From Myxococcota bacterium (lineage in GTDB: Bacteria; Myxococcota_A; UBA9160; PR03), in assembly GCA_041611735.1 (NCBI GenBank), contig JBFIML010000004.1, positions 1 through 64,000 of the forward strand: 64,000 nucleotides of DNA, written 5' to 3'. Each line of letters begins with the position of its first letter. Position 1 is the stretch's first letter. The notes beneath the pieces are model-generated. The model saw nothing but the letters and a program-made list of their open reading frames with translations. It was not told where the DNA came from and did not search any database. The position numbers were made by a program, and so were the translations under genes. This document shows positions 17,421 to 26,554 of the stretch, piece by piece.

Positions 17421-18449
17421 ATGGCGAAGAGCAAGCGGCAGCTCGCGATGGTGATGGACCTGAACAAGTGCATCGGGTGCCAGACCTGCACCATCGCGTG
17501 CAAGCGCCTCTGGACCCGCGACGAGGGCATGGAGTACATGTGGTGGAACACCGTGAACACCATGCCCGGCCGCGGAACGCCACGCGACTGGGAGGAGATG
17601 GGTGGCGGCTTCCACCAGGGCCAGCCGCGGCCGGGACGTCTGCCCACGCGCCGCGAATTCGGCGAGGCCTGGGACTTCAACCACGAGGAGGTCTTCTTCG
17701 GTGGCCAGGGGACCCAGGCTCACCTCAAGGTCGCCGGCGAGGAGCCCGACTGGGGGCCGAACTGGGACGAGGACCAGGGCGCCGGCGAGTACCCGAACGC
17801 CTACTACTTCTACCTGCCGCGCATCTGCAATCACTGCACCCATCCAGCCTGCCTCGAGGCCTGCCCGCGCCAGGCGATCGTGAAGCGCGAGGAGGACGGC
17901 ATCGTCCTGATCGACGAGGACCGCTGCCGCGGCTACCGCTTCTGCGTGGAGGCGTGTCCGTACAAGAAGATCTACTTCAACCACGTCAAGAAGGTGTCCC
18001 AGAAGTGCATCTTCTGCTTTCCGCGCATCGAGCAGGGGGTGGCCAACGCCTGCGCGCGGATGTGCCCGGGCCGGGTGCGCTTCGTCGGCTACCGCGACGA
18101 TCCGAACGGGCCGATCGCGAAGCTCGTGGACCAGTGGAAGGTGGCGCTCCCCCTGCACCCGGAGTACGGAACCGAGCCCAACGTCTTCTACGTCCCGCCG
18201 CTGGCCCCGCCCCGCTTCGACGAAGAGGGCAACCTCGACGAGTCGAAGCCGCGCATTCCGGACGCGTACCTGATCTCCCTCTTCGGTCCCGAGGTGCTCC
18301 GGGTTCTCGCCACCTTGAAGACCGAGATGGCCAAGACGCGGGCGGGCGGGAAGTCCGAGCTGATGGACATCCTGATCGCCTACCGCTGGAAGGACATGTT
18401 CGGCGGTTTCGACCGCGACCCGGCCACCATCGAGTGGACCAAGGCCTGA
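17421..18449 (+). CDS. Fe-S beta subunit B1 (EbdB/NarH-like)
   Basis: DLNKCIGCQTCTIAC, CNHCTHPACLEAC, CRGYRFCVEAC, CIFC...CARMC, LHPEYGTEPNVFYVPP. Confidence 0.95.
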   Translation: MAKSKRQLAMVMDLNKCIGCQTCTIACKRLWTRDEGMEYMWWNTVNTMPGRGTPRDWEEMGGGFHQGQPRPGRLPTRREFGEAWDFNHEEVFFGGQGTQAHLKVAGEEPDWGPNWDEDQGAGEYPNAYYFYLPRICNHCTHPACLEACPRQAIVKREEDGIVLIDEDRCRGYRFCVEACPYKKIYFNHVKKVSQKCIFCFPRIEQGVANACARMCPGRVRFVGYRDDPNGPIAKLVDQWKVALPLHPEYGTEPNVFYVPPLAPPRFDEEGNLDESKPRIPDAYLISLFGPEVLRVLATLKTEMAKTRAGGKSELMDILIAYRWKDMFGGFDRDPATIEWTKA

Positions 18450-18504
18450 GCTCGGCCGGCTGCGCCGGAGTTCCAGGTGCCGGATCCCGTGCGGTGAGGA
18501 AAGC

Positions 18505-21402
18505 GTGAGCGAGAACCAGGGCAGCGAGGACCGCCGGGGCCGGATCAGCCGGCGCGCGTTCCTCGGTACCGCTGCCGTGGGGGCGGCCGGCCTGGCCGGC
18601 GCGAGCCTGGGACTCTGCCGCCTGCGTCCCACGGCGCCGCTCTGGGAGGCCGGGCGGACCCCGACCGCAGCAACCGTCTACGGCGACTGGCGCGATCTCT
18701 ACCGCGAGCGCTGGTCCTGGGATCGGATCGTCCGCAGCACCCACTTCGTCAACTGCTGGTACCAGTCCCACTGCGCCTGGGACGTCTACGTAAAGGACGG
18801 CGTCGTGTGGCGCGAGGAGCAGGCGGCGGACTACCCGCAGATCCGGCCCGACGTGCCCGACTTCAATCCCCGCGGCTGCCAGAAGGGGGCCTGCTTCAGC
18901 GAGCGGATGTACGACCCCGCGCGTGTCCGTTATCCGCTCAAGCGCGTGGGGCCGCGCGGCTCGGGGCGTTGGCGTCGCCTCTCCTGGGAACAGGCCCTGG
19001 AGGAGATCGCCGACTCCCTGCTGGACACCGTCACGGGAGAGGGATCCGAACGCGTGATCTGGGATCTGGGCCCGCTCTACACCTTCGGAACCATGTCCGC
19101 GGCGCACCAGCGGCTGGCCTTCCTGCTCGACTCGACCAGCCTCGACATGAACACCGAAATCGGAGACGGCCATCGCGGCGTGGCCGAGACCTTCGGCAAG
19201 ATCGTCTTCGAACGCTCTGCCGACGACTACTTCTTCTCCGATCTCATCCTGATCTGGGGCGCCAACCCGGTCTATACCCAGATTCCGAACGCTCACTTCC
19301 TGCTGGAAGCCCGCTACAAGGGCGCGCAGCTGGTCTGCATCTCCCCCGACCACAGTGCGTCGGCGATCCACGCCGACCTGTGGGTGCCGGTCGAGCCCGG
19401 GTGCGACGCCGCCCTGGGCCTCGGCATCGCGCACGTCCTGGTGGAGGAGGGACTCTTCGACGAGAGCTTCGTCGCCGAGCAGACCGACCTCCCCCTGCTG
19501 GTGCGCGAGGACACCGGGCGTTTCCTGCGCGGTAGCGACCTCGGGGCCGACGAGGCCGACGCGCTCTACCTGCACGATCCCGAACAAGGCATCGTCGCCG
19601 CGCCGCGCCGCACCCTGTCCCTGGGCGGGCTGCGTCCGTCCCTGCAGGGGCGCTACCAGGTGGATCTCGCCGACGGCCGGCGGGTGGTGCTGCGGACGGT
19701 CTTCTCCCGGCTCCGCGATCGCCTCGGCGGGTACGACCCGGAGCGCGCCGCGGCCCGTTGCGGAACGCCGCCCGCCCTGATCCGCGACCTGGCCCGGAGG
19801 ATCGCCCGGGCGCGCTCCGCCTGCTCCGTCACGACCAGCAACTTCAGCAAGTACTACCACGGCAACCTGATCGAGAGGACGCAGGCCCTCGTGTTCGCCT
19901 TGACGGGACACTACGGCAAGAAGGGCAGCGGCTTCGTGGGTTTCCCGTTCCTGGTCCACGACGGCCTCGACGGGGCCATCCTCTCCGTCATCGAGCCGGC
20001 CGATCGGCTGCGGCTGGTGGGAGGCGCCCTGCTCGACGGCCTGCGCCTGCGTCGTGCGGGGTACACCGAGGAGATGGTCGCCTACGAGCGCAGCCGCAAA
20101 CGCTACGAGCTGGGCGTCATCACCTCGGGCGCGCTGTTCTGGTACGTGCACGGAGGGTTGCTCGCGGCCAGTGACGCGCTCGAGCAATGGGACCCCCATC
20201 TGCGGCGGCCGGTCCGCGACGTCCTGCTCGAGTCGCTCTCGAAGGGTTGGCAGCACGTCTCGCCCAGCCCGGGCGACGACCCGCGCATGCTCTTCGTCTA
20301 CGGAAGCAACCCGCTGCGGCGCGTGCGCTGCTATCCGCTGCTGCTCGAGAATCTCTGGCCCAAGCTGCGCACCATCGTGACGCTCGACTGGCGGATGACC
20401 TCGACGGCCCTGCACTCCGACTACGTGCTTCCGGTGGCTGCCTGGTACGAGCGCACGGAGCACAAGTGGGTGACGCCGCTCATGCCCTTCGTCCACGCCG
20501 GCCAGAAGATCACATCCTTCTACGAGGCCCGCTCCGATTGGGAGATCCTCTCCCGCCTGGCGCGGGCCGTGCAGGAGCGTGCGCGCGCACGCGGCTTGCG
20601 CAGCTTCACCGACCGGCAGGGCAGGACGCGCCCGCTGGCGGACCTGTACCAACGCTTCTCCCGGGGCGGTCTCCAGGCGGAATCCGACGACGATAAGGTG
20701 GCGCGCGCGCTGCTCGAAGGCGCCAGCAATCTGGAAGGAGTGGATTGGGAGGAACTGAAGCGGCGCGGATGGGCGCGCTTCACCGGCGTGGGCAAGAGCG
20801 AGGTCTCGATCGGAAACGCCTCCGAGATCGCACCGAACGACACAATCACGCCTCTCACCCGACACGTGGTGGGAAAGCAGCCCTACCCCACCCTCACGCG
20901 GCGCATCCAGTTCTATCTGGACCACGAGCTCTACCGCGAGATGGGCGAGGAGCTGCCCGTCCACAAGGACCCGCCCAGCGCCGGAGGCTCCCATCCCCTC
21001 CAGCTCACGGGCGGGCATACCCGCTGGAGCATCCACTCGGCCTGGCGGGACGATCGCCTGATGCTGCAGCAGCAGCGGGGGGAGCCGGTGATGTGGATCG
21101 GCGTAAAGGACGCCTCCGCTCGCGGCATCCGGGACGGCGATCGGGTGCGGGTCTTCAACGACCTGGACGCCTTCGAGGTGATGGCCAAGGTCTCGCCCGC
21201 GGTCCGGCCGGGGCAGGTGATCGTGTACCACGCCTGGGAGAACTTCCAGTTCCGCGGCGGCAAGGGCTTCCAGAACCTGATTCCCACGCCGCTCAACCCG
21301 GTCGAGCTGGCCGGGGGCCAGTTCCACCTGCGGCCGATGTCGCTCTGCCTGCAGCCGAGCCACACGGACCGCGACACGCGTGTGGAGGTGGAGCGACTGT
21401 GA
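18505..21402 (+). CDS. Type II Mo-bisPGD alpha subunit A4, Tat signal
   Basis: ISRRAFLG; THFVNCWYQSHC...GCQKG; EIGDGHRG; SKYYHG; GGHTRWSIHS. Confidence 0.93.
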   Translation: MSENQGSEDRRGRISRRAFLGTAAVGAAGLAGASLGLCRLRPTAPLWEAGRTPTAATVYGDWRDLYRERWSWDRIVRSTHFVNCWYQSHCAWDVYVKDGVVWREEQAADYPQIRPDVPDFNPRGCQKGACFSERMYDPARVRYPLKRVGPRGSGRWRRLSWEQALEEIADSLLDTVTGEGSERVIWDLGPLYTFGTMSAAHQRLAFLLDSTSLDMNTEIGDGHRGVAETFGKIVFERSADDYFFSDLILIWGANPVYTQIPNAHFLLEARYKGAQLVCISPDHSASAIHADLWVPVEPGCDAALGLGIAHVLVEEGLFDESFVAEQTDLPLLVREDTGRFLRGSDLGADEADALYLHDPEQGIVAAPRRTLSLGGLRPSLQGRYQVDLADGRRVVLRTVFSRLRDRLGGYDPERAAARCGTPPALIRDLARRIARARSACSVTTSNFSKYYHGNLIERTQALVFALTGHYGKKGSGFVGFPFLVHDGLDGAILSVIEPADRLRLVGGALLDGLRLRRAGYTEEMVAYERSRKRYELGVITSGALFWYVHGGLLAASDALEQWDPHLRRPVRDVLLESLSKGWQHVSPSPGDDPRMLFVYGSNPLRRVRCYPLLLENLWPKLRTIVTLDWRMTSTALHSDYVLPVAAWYERTEHKWVTPLMPFVHAGQKITSFYEARSDWEILSRLARAVQERARARGLRSFTDRQGRTRPLADLYQRFSRGGLQAESDDDKVARALLEGASNLEGVDWEELKRRGWARFTGVGKSEVSIGNASEIAPNDTITPLTRHVVGKQPYPTLTRRIQFYLDHELYREMGEELPVHKDPPSAGGSHPLQLTGGHTRWSIHSAWRDDRLMLQQQRGEPVMWIGVKDASARGIRDGDRVRVFNDLDAFEVMAKVSPAVRPGQVIVYHAWENFQFRGGKGFQNLIPTPLNPVELAGGQFHLRPMSLCLQPSHTDRDTRVEVERL

Positions 21403-24299
21403 CGGGCAGCGGGTTTCCTCTGCTCACCCGCCGCGCGCTCCTGGTGGGCGGCGCAGCGAGCGTGGCCGTGCTCTCCCTCGGCAGGCTGCGTCTCGACCTC
21501 GGGGCGAAGCCCGCCGCCGCGGGCGCCGTGGCCTATCGGGGTCCCGGCGACCTCTGGCGCTCCCAGTGGCGCTGGGACCGTGTCGCGCGCACTTCCCACG
21601 CCCGGGCGAACTGCATCTCCGCCTGCTCCTGGAACGTCTTCGTGCGCGACGGCATTGCCTGGCGCGAGGAGCAGAACGCGATCTACGCCCCCGTCGAGCC
21701 GGGCGTCCCCGACTTCAATCCGCGCGGCTGCCAGAAGGGGGCCTGCTACACGCACCTCATGTACGAGCCTTCGCGGGTCACGCATCCGCTGCGGCGGGTC
21801 GGCGAGCGTGGCTCGGGGCGCTGGAAGCGCGTCTCCTGGGACGAGGCGCTGACCGAGACGGCCGACCACATCATCGACGCCTCGTTGCAGTCGGGCACGG
21901 GCGCGGTCGTCTACGACCACGGCACCACGAACATCGACTTCGGACCGGACACGGCCGGCGAGATGCGGCTCTTCCGCATCCTCAACGCCACCGTCATCGA
22001 CTCCTGGGCCGGGGTGGGAGACATGCCCTACGGGGCCGTGCAGACCTGGGGCATGTACAACGTCGAGGGCACCGCGGACGACTGGTTCAAGTCGGACTTC
22101 ATCGTGGTCTGGGTCGGCAACCCGGCCTACACGCGGATCCCGGAAGTGCACTTCATGCACGAGGCGCGCTACCGGGGTGCCCGGCTGGTGGTGATCGCGC
22201 CGGACTACAACGCGAGCGCAATCCACGCCGATTACTGGCTCAATCCCAGGGTCGGCACCGACGCGGCGCTGGCGCTCGCCATGGCGCAGGTGATCCTCGC
22301 CGAGGGCCTCCACGACGAAGCCTACGTGCGCGAGCAGACCGACCTGCCGATCCTGGTACGCGAGGACACCGGCCGGTACCTGCGCCAGTCGGACCTCCGC
22401 GAGGGCGGGAGCGAGAAGCTCCTCTACTACTGGGACGAGGCGTCGGATGAGCTCGCGGCGGTGCCCGGTTGCCGGGGCGAGGGCGGGCGCTCGCTCGCCC
22501 TGGGCCGACTGCGGCCGGCCCTCGGCGGGCGCAGGAGCGTGCGTCTGGCCGACGGCACCGAGGTGTCGGTCCGTCCGCTCCTGGAGCGTCTGCGCGAGCA
22601 GCTGGACGAGAGCTATCCGCCGCGACGGGTGGCGGAGGTGACGGGGGTCGGGGCGGACACGGTCCGGCGCCTCGCCCGCGAGCTGGCCGCGGCGCCGCGG
22701 GCGATGATCTTCTCCTCGTGGGGCGCCTGCAAGCACTACCACAGCGACCTGGTCCAGCGCGCCAAGATCCTGCTGATGGCGCTGACCGGCAACCAGGGCA
22801 GGAGCGGCGGTGGCCTGCGCGTGGCCTCGTGGTGGCCGATGGAGGGGTTCGATCGGCTGGCGGCGGCTCCCGGCGAGATCTCCCTGGGCACGAAGCTGCG
22901 AGCCATGTTCCGAGGCCTGTTGGGCCGCTTCGGCTGGCGCGAGTTCGAGACGCTCCTCGAGGACATGGTCCCCAAGCGCGGCAACACGCCGCTGATGCCC
23001 TGGCTGTACGTGCACGGGGGCTACTCCGAGATCTGGGACCGGCGCGAGTACCAGGATCCGGCCGTGCCGCGCAGCACGGCGGAGTACGTCCGGGAGGCCA
23101 TCGAGCGCGGCTGGATTCCGATCCGCCCCGCTCCCGGAACGGACCCCAAGGTCTTCGTCTTCACCGGACCGAATCCCCTGCGGCGCTGGCCTTCGCCACA
23201 GGTGGCGCGCAGGCACCTGTGGCCCAAGCTCGATTGGATCGTGGACGTCAACTTCAAGGTCAGCACGTCCGGGATGCAGGCGGATCTGATCCTCCCGACG
23301 GCGGGCTACTACGAGCGGGACTCGCTCAAGTACTCGCAGGCCTATCTGCCCTACCTGGTGCTGTGCGAGAAGGCGGTGGAGCCTCTGGGCGAGGCGAAGC
23401 CGGAGTGGGAGATCTTCGGCCTGCTGGCGCGCACGATCCAGCATCGCGCCCGCGCTCGCGGCGTCGGCCCGGTTGCAGATGCCGTGGGCGGCGAGACGGA
23501 CCTGGCCAGGGTCTACGATCTGTGGAGCGATGGCGGCAGCCTCCACGAGGGCGACGCCAAGGCGGTGCTCGAGAAGATCCTGCGCGGGACCCGCACGACC
23601 GGGAAGGCCGGTCTGGCGGAGGCCCGGGGGACCGGCCTGCTGCCGGTGTTGGAGGCGAAGGGCACCCCGAATCCGCTCTACGCGGTGGCGACCGACTACC
23701 GGCCCGGCCGCACCCTGTATCCCCACGCCCGCTTCGTGGAGGACAAGGAGGTCTGGCCGACGCTCTCGGGACGTCAGCAGTTCCTGATCGACCATCCCTG
23801 GTACGAGGAGGTCGGGGAGACCCTGCCCGTGCACAAGGAGCCGCCCAGGGCGGGCGGGGAGTATCCCCTCCGCCTCACCGGCGGGCACACGCGCTGGTCG
23901 ATCCACGCCACCTGGCGCGACTCCCCGCTGATGCTGCGGCTGCAGCGCGGAGAGCCGGCCGTCTGGGTCTCGACTCGGGACTGCCAGTCACGCGGCGTTC
24001 GCGACGGCGACCGGGTGCGCGTCTACAACGACAACGGCGAGTTCGAAGCCATCGCGAAGGTCTCGGGCGCCGTGCAGCCCGGGCAGGTGATCATCTACCA
24101 CGCCTGGGAGCCCTACCAGTTCAAGCGCTGGAGGGGCCAGCAGGAGCCCGTCGTGGCACCGTGGAAGGCGCTGCACCTGGCCGGAGGCTACGACCAGATC
24201 CACTACCGCATGATCTACGGCGCTCCGGGGCACGCGCCGCGCGGGGGCACCGTCGACATCGAGCGGGTGAGGCCGGGTGCCGGGAGAGACCGCGCGTGA
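21399..24299 (+). CDS. Type II Mo-bisPGD alpha subunit A5, Tat signal
   Basis: GTGA overlap with A4; LTRRALL; SHARANCISAC...GCQKG; GVGDMPYG; CKHYHS; GGHTRWSIHA. Confidence 0.92.
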   Translation: MTGSGFPLLTRRALLVGGAASVAVLSLGRLRLDLGAKPAAAGAVAYRGPGDLWRSQWRWDRVARTSHARANCISACSWNVFVRDGIAWREEQNAIYAPVEPGVPDFNPRGCQKGACYTHLMYEPSRVTHPLRRVGERGSGRWKRVSWDEALTETADHIIDASLQSGTGAVVYDHGTTNIDFGPDTAGEMRLFRILNATVIDSWAGVGDMPYGAVQTWGMYNVEGTADDWFKSDFIVVWVGNPAYTRIPEVHFMHEARYRGARLVVIAPDYNASAIHADYWLNPRVGTDAALALAMAQVILAEGLHDEAYVREQTDLPILVREDTGRYLRQSDLREGGSEKLLYYWDEASDELAAVPGCRGEGGRSLALGRLRPALGGRRSVRLADGTEVSVRPLLERLREQLDESYPPRRVAEVTGVGADTVRRLARELAAAPRAMIFSSWGACKHYHSDLVQRAKILLMALTGNQGRSGGGLRVASWWPMEGFDRLAAAPGEISLGTKLRAMFRGLLGRFGWREFETLLEDMVPKRGNTPLMPWLYVHGGYSEIWDRREYQDPAVPRSTAEYVREAIERGWIPIRPAPGTDPKVFVFTGPNPLRRWPSPQVARRHLWPKLDWIVDVNFKVSTSGMQADLILPTAGYYERDSLKYSQAYLPYLVLCEKAVEPLGEAKPEWEIFGLLARTIQHRARARGVGPVADAVGGETDLARVYDLWSDGGSLHEGDAKAVLEKILRGTRTTGKAGLAEARGTGLLPVLEAKGTPNPLYAVATDYRPGRTLYPHARFVEDKEVWPTLSGRQQFLIDHPWYEEVGETLPVHKEPPRAGGEYPLRLTGGHTRWSIHATWRDSPLMLRLQRGEPAVWVSTRDCQSRGVRDGDRVRVYNDNGEFEAIAKVSGAVQPGQVIIYHAWEPYQFKRWRGQQEPVVAPWKALHLAGGYDQIHYRMIYGAPGHAPRGGTVDIERVRPGAGRDRA

Positions 24300-24976
24300 C
24301 GGAGTCGAGGCTCGAGGGACTCGAAGGGGAGGCGCAGCTCGCCGCCGCGCGGCGCAGCCAGGCGTATGGGCTCTTCGCCCGGGCCTGGGAGTACCCCGAG
24401 GCGGAGCTGCGCGAATCGATCACCTCCGGCGAGCTCGCGGAGCGGCTCTGCGAGACGCTCGCCTCCATCGATCCGGCCCTCGTCGAGGACGCGGACCGCC
24501 AGGCCCTCGCCGAGACCGGCGCGGGCGACGACCTCGAGGTGGAGTACACGCGGCTGTTCGACGTCGGCCCCTCCGGCCCGCCCTGCCCCCTCCACGGCGG
24601 GCTCTACGGCGGCGCCCGCATGAAGGTGATGGAGGAGGCGGTGCGCTTCTACAACCACTTCGGCCTGAGCCTCTCCGAGAGCCCGCGCGAGCTTCCCGAC
24701 CACCTCACCACCGAGCTCGAGTTCCTCCACTACCTGAGCTTCCGCGAGGCGCAGGCGCTCCAGGCGGGAGAGGATGCGGAGCCCTTCCGGCGCGCCCGGC
24801 GGGACTTCGTGGAGCGGCATGCTGGGCGCTGGATCCCCCGCCTGCGCGAGCGCCTGGAGGCGCAGGATGCAGCGCCCTTCTTCCGGGAGCTGGCGCGGCG
24901 GCTCGAGCGGCTGCTGCTTCACGAGAAGGCGCAGCTCGACGCCGAGCTCGGCCCGGCCCGCCCCGGCGGACGCTGA
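24296..24976 (+). CDS. TorD/EbdD-family maturation chaperone (delta)
   Basis: GTGA overlap; EYTRLFDVG, FYNHFGL, ELPDHLTTELEFLHYL. Confidence 0.9.
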   Translation: MTESRLEGLEGEAQLAAARRSQAYGLFARAWEYPEAELRESITSGELAERLCETLASIDPALVEDADRQALAETGAGDDLEVEYTRLFDVGPSGPPCPLHGGLYGGARMKVMEEAVRFYNHFGLSLSESPRELPDHLTTELEFLHYLSFREAQALQAGEDAEPFRRARRDFVERHAGRWIPRLRERLEAQDAAPFFRELARRLERLLLHEKAQLDAELGPARPGGR

Positions 24977-24979
24977 TCC

Positions 24980-26032
24980 GTGTGGGGCGTCGTCTACCAC
25001 GGAGCCGGTGACTTCTGCTGGGAGGAGGTCGGGAAGCCCGTCCTCCAGGGGCCTGCCGACGCCATCGTGCGCGTCCGTCGCGCAGGCATCTGCGGCTCGG
25101 ATCTGCACCTGTGGCACGGCCTGCCGCTCCCGGACCGCGGCTTCGCAGTCGGCCACGAGTTCGTGGGAGTGGTCGAGGAGGTGGGACCGGCGGTCCGCAC
25201 GCTGGCGCCGGGCGACCGGGTGCTGGTCTCGTGCACCGCCGGTTGTGGCACCTGCGAGGCGTGCCGTAGCGGCCTCCACTCAGGCTGCTCCGTCACCACC
25301 GGTGGCGGTGCGCACAGCAACGTGTTCGGCTTCTCCCGGTCCCTGGCGGGTGGTCAGGCCGAGGCGGTGCGGGTTCCCTTCGCCGACGTGAACGCGTTCC
25401 GGATCCCCGACGCCATGGACGACGAGCGGGCGCTCTTCCTCACCGACGCGCTGCCTACCGCGGACATGGCCACGGAGCTGGCCGCCGTGGAGCCCGGCGA
25501 CGCGGTCGTGGTCTTCGGCTGCGGCCCGGTCGGCAGCCTCGTGCAACGCTGCGCTCGGCTTCGGGGCGCCGCACGGGTCATCGCGGTCGACCCCGACCCG
25601 GCGCGCCTCGCGCGGGCCCGGGAGCGCGGCTGCGAGGTCGTGAACCCCGACGCGGAGGACCTGGTGAAACGCGTCCTCGGGCTCACCGGGGGGCGCGGCG
25701 CAGATGCGATCGTGGAGGCGGTGGGGCGCGCCGAGCTCGTCGCCAGCGCCGTCACCCTGGCGCGCCCGGGAGGTCGCATCGCCGTGGTGGGTCTGATCGC
25801 CGCCCCGGTGGAGCTCCCCTGGGGCGCCCTCCTGCTGAAGAGCCTCTCGCTGCGAACGGGTCTCGTGAGCCCGCAGCGGCACGTGACCCGGCTGCTGGCC
25901 CTGCTCGAGTCCGGCCGCCTCGATCCGATGGATCTGATCACCCACCGCCTCCCCCTGTCCCGGGCGGTGGAGGCCTACCGGATGCTGTCCGCCCGCAAGG
26001 GAGACGCTCTCAAGGTCGTCCTGGCCGCCTAG
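24980..26032 (+). CDS. Zn-dependent medium-chain alcohol dehydrogenase
   Basis: CGSDLH, GHE, CGTCEAC...C structural Zn site, GCGPVG NAD motif. Confidence 0.9.
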   Translation: MWGVVYHGAGDFCWEEVGKPVLQGPADAIVRVRRAGICGSDLHLWHGLPLPDRGFAVGHEFVGVVEEVGPAVRTLAPGDRVLVSCTAGCGTCEACRSGLHSGCSVTTGGGAHSNVFGFSRSLAGGQAEAVRVPFADVNAFRIPDAMDDERALFLTDALPTADMATELAAVEPGDAVVVFGCGPVGSLVQRCARLRGAARVIAVDPDPARLARARERGCEVVNPDAEDLVKRVLGLTGGRGADAIVEAVGRAELVASAVTLARPGGRIAVVGLIAAPVELPWGALLLKSLSLRTGLVSPQRHVTRLLALLESGRLDPMDLITHRLPLSRAVEAYRMLSARKGDALKVVLAA

Positions 26033-26045
26033 GATGACTCACGCG

Positions 26046-26061
26046 TATGACTGCGGTCATA
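26046..26061 (+). promoter_or_regulatory. Palindrome TATGAC-tgcg-GTCATA upstream of the cytochrome c gene
   Basis: Perfect arms; GAGACT 21 nt downstream. Confidence 0.72.
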
Positions 26062-26136
26062 TCGCCGGCCCCGCCGATCCCCGAGACTGGGGTGTGGAAA
26101 CCCCTTCCCCCCCGCGCTTGCCACCGGGATCTGGCC

Positions 26137-26544
26137 ATGAGGCTCGGGACACGAGGGGGCACGTTGCTGCTGGCGTTGGCCCTCGGGGCCAGCGCCTCCG
26201 CGGACGCGGCTCCCGATGGGCTGGAGCCCCATGGGCGCGCGCTCTACCGGGCCTACTGCGAGGCCTGCCACGGGTCCCTCGCCGATCCCGGGGCGGTGGG
26301 GCGCGTCGCCACGAAGCGGGGGGCCCCGCCGGACCTCACCCGACTCGCCGAGCGGCACGGGACCAACCTGCCGAAGGCAAAGCTGGTGCACGAGGCCATG
26401 GGGGCGTCGCGCGCCGGCCACACCAGCATCTGCGGCGAGCGAATCTTCGCCAAGCTGCCCGCCGCCTCGGCCGCCGAGCTCATGAAGCGCGGCACCCTGC
26501 TCACGGTCCTCTACTACCTGGAGACCGTCCAGAGGACCGACTGA
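26137..26544 (+). CDS. Secreted monoheme c-type cytochrome
   Basis: Signal peptide (LLLALALGASASA), CEACH heme motif, PPDLT, C-terminal YYLETVQ. Confidence 0.82.
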   Translation: MRLGTRGGTLLLALALGASASADAAPDGLEPHGRALYRAYCEACHGSLADPGAVGRVATKRGAPPDLTRLAERHGTNLPKAKLVHEAMGASRAGHTSICGERIFAKLPAASAAELMKRGTLLTVLYYLETVQRTD

Positions 26545-26554
26545 GCGCCGAGCG

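Noticed and set aside
16747-24976. Annotation as respiratory nitrate reductase (narGHJI)
   Set aside because: The alphas are about 950 aa with Tat signals, beta is about 340 aa, gamma is a soluble Met/Lys heme-b type, and there is no NarI or NarK. Other type II activities are not formally excluded without a tree
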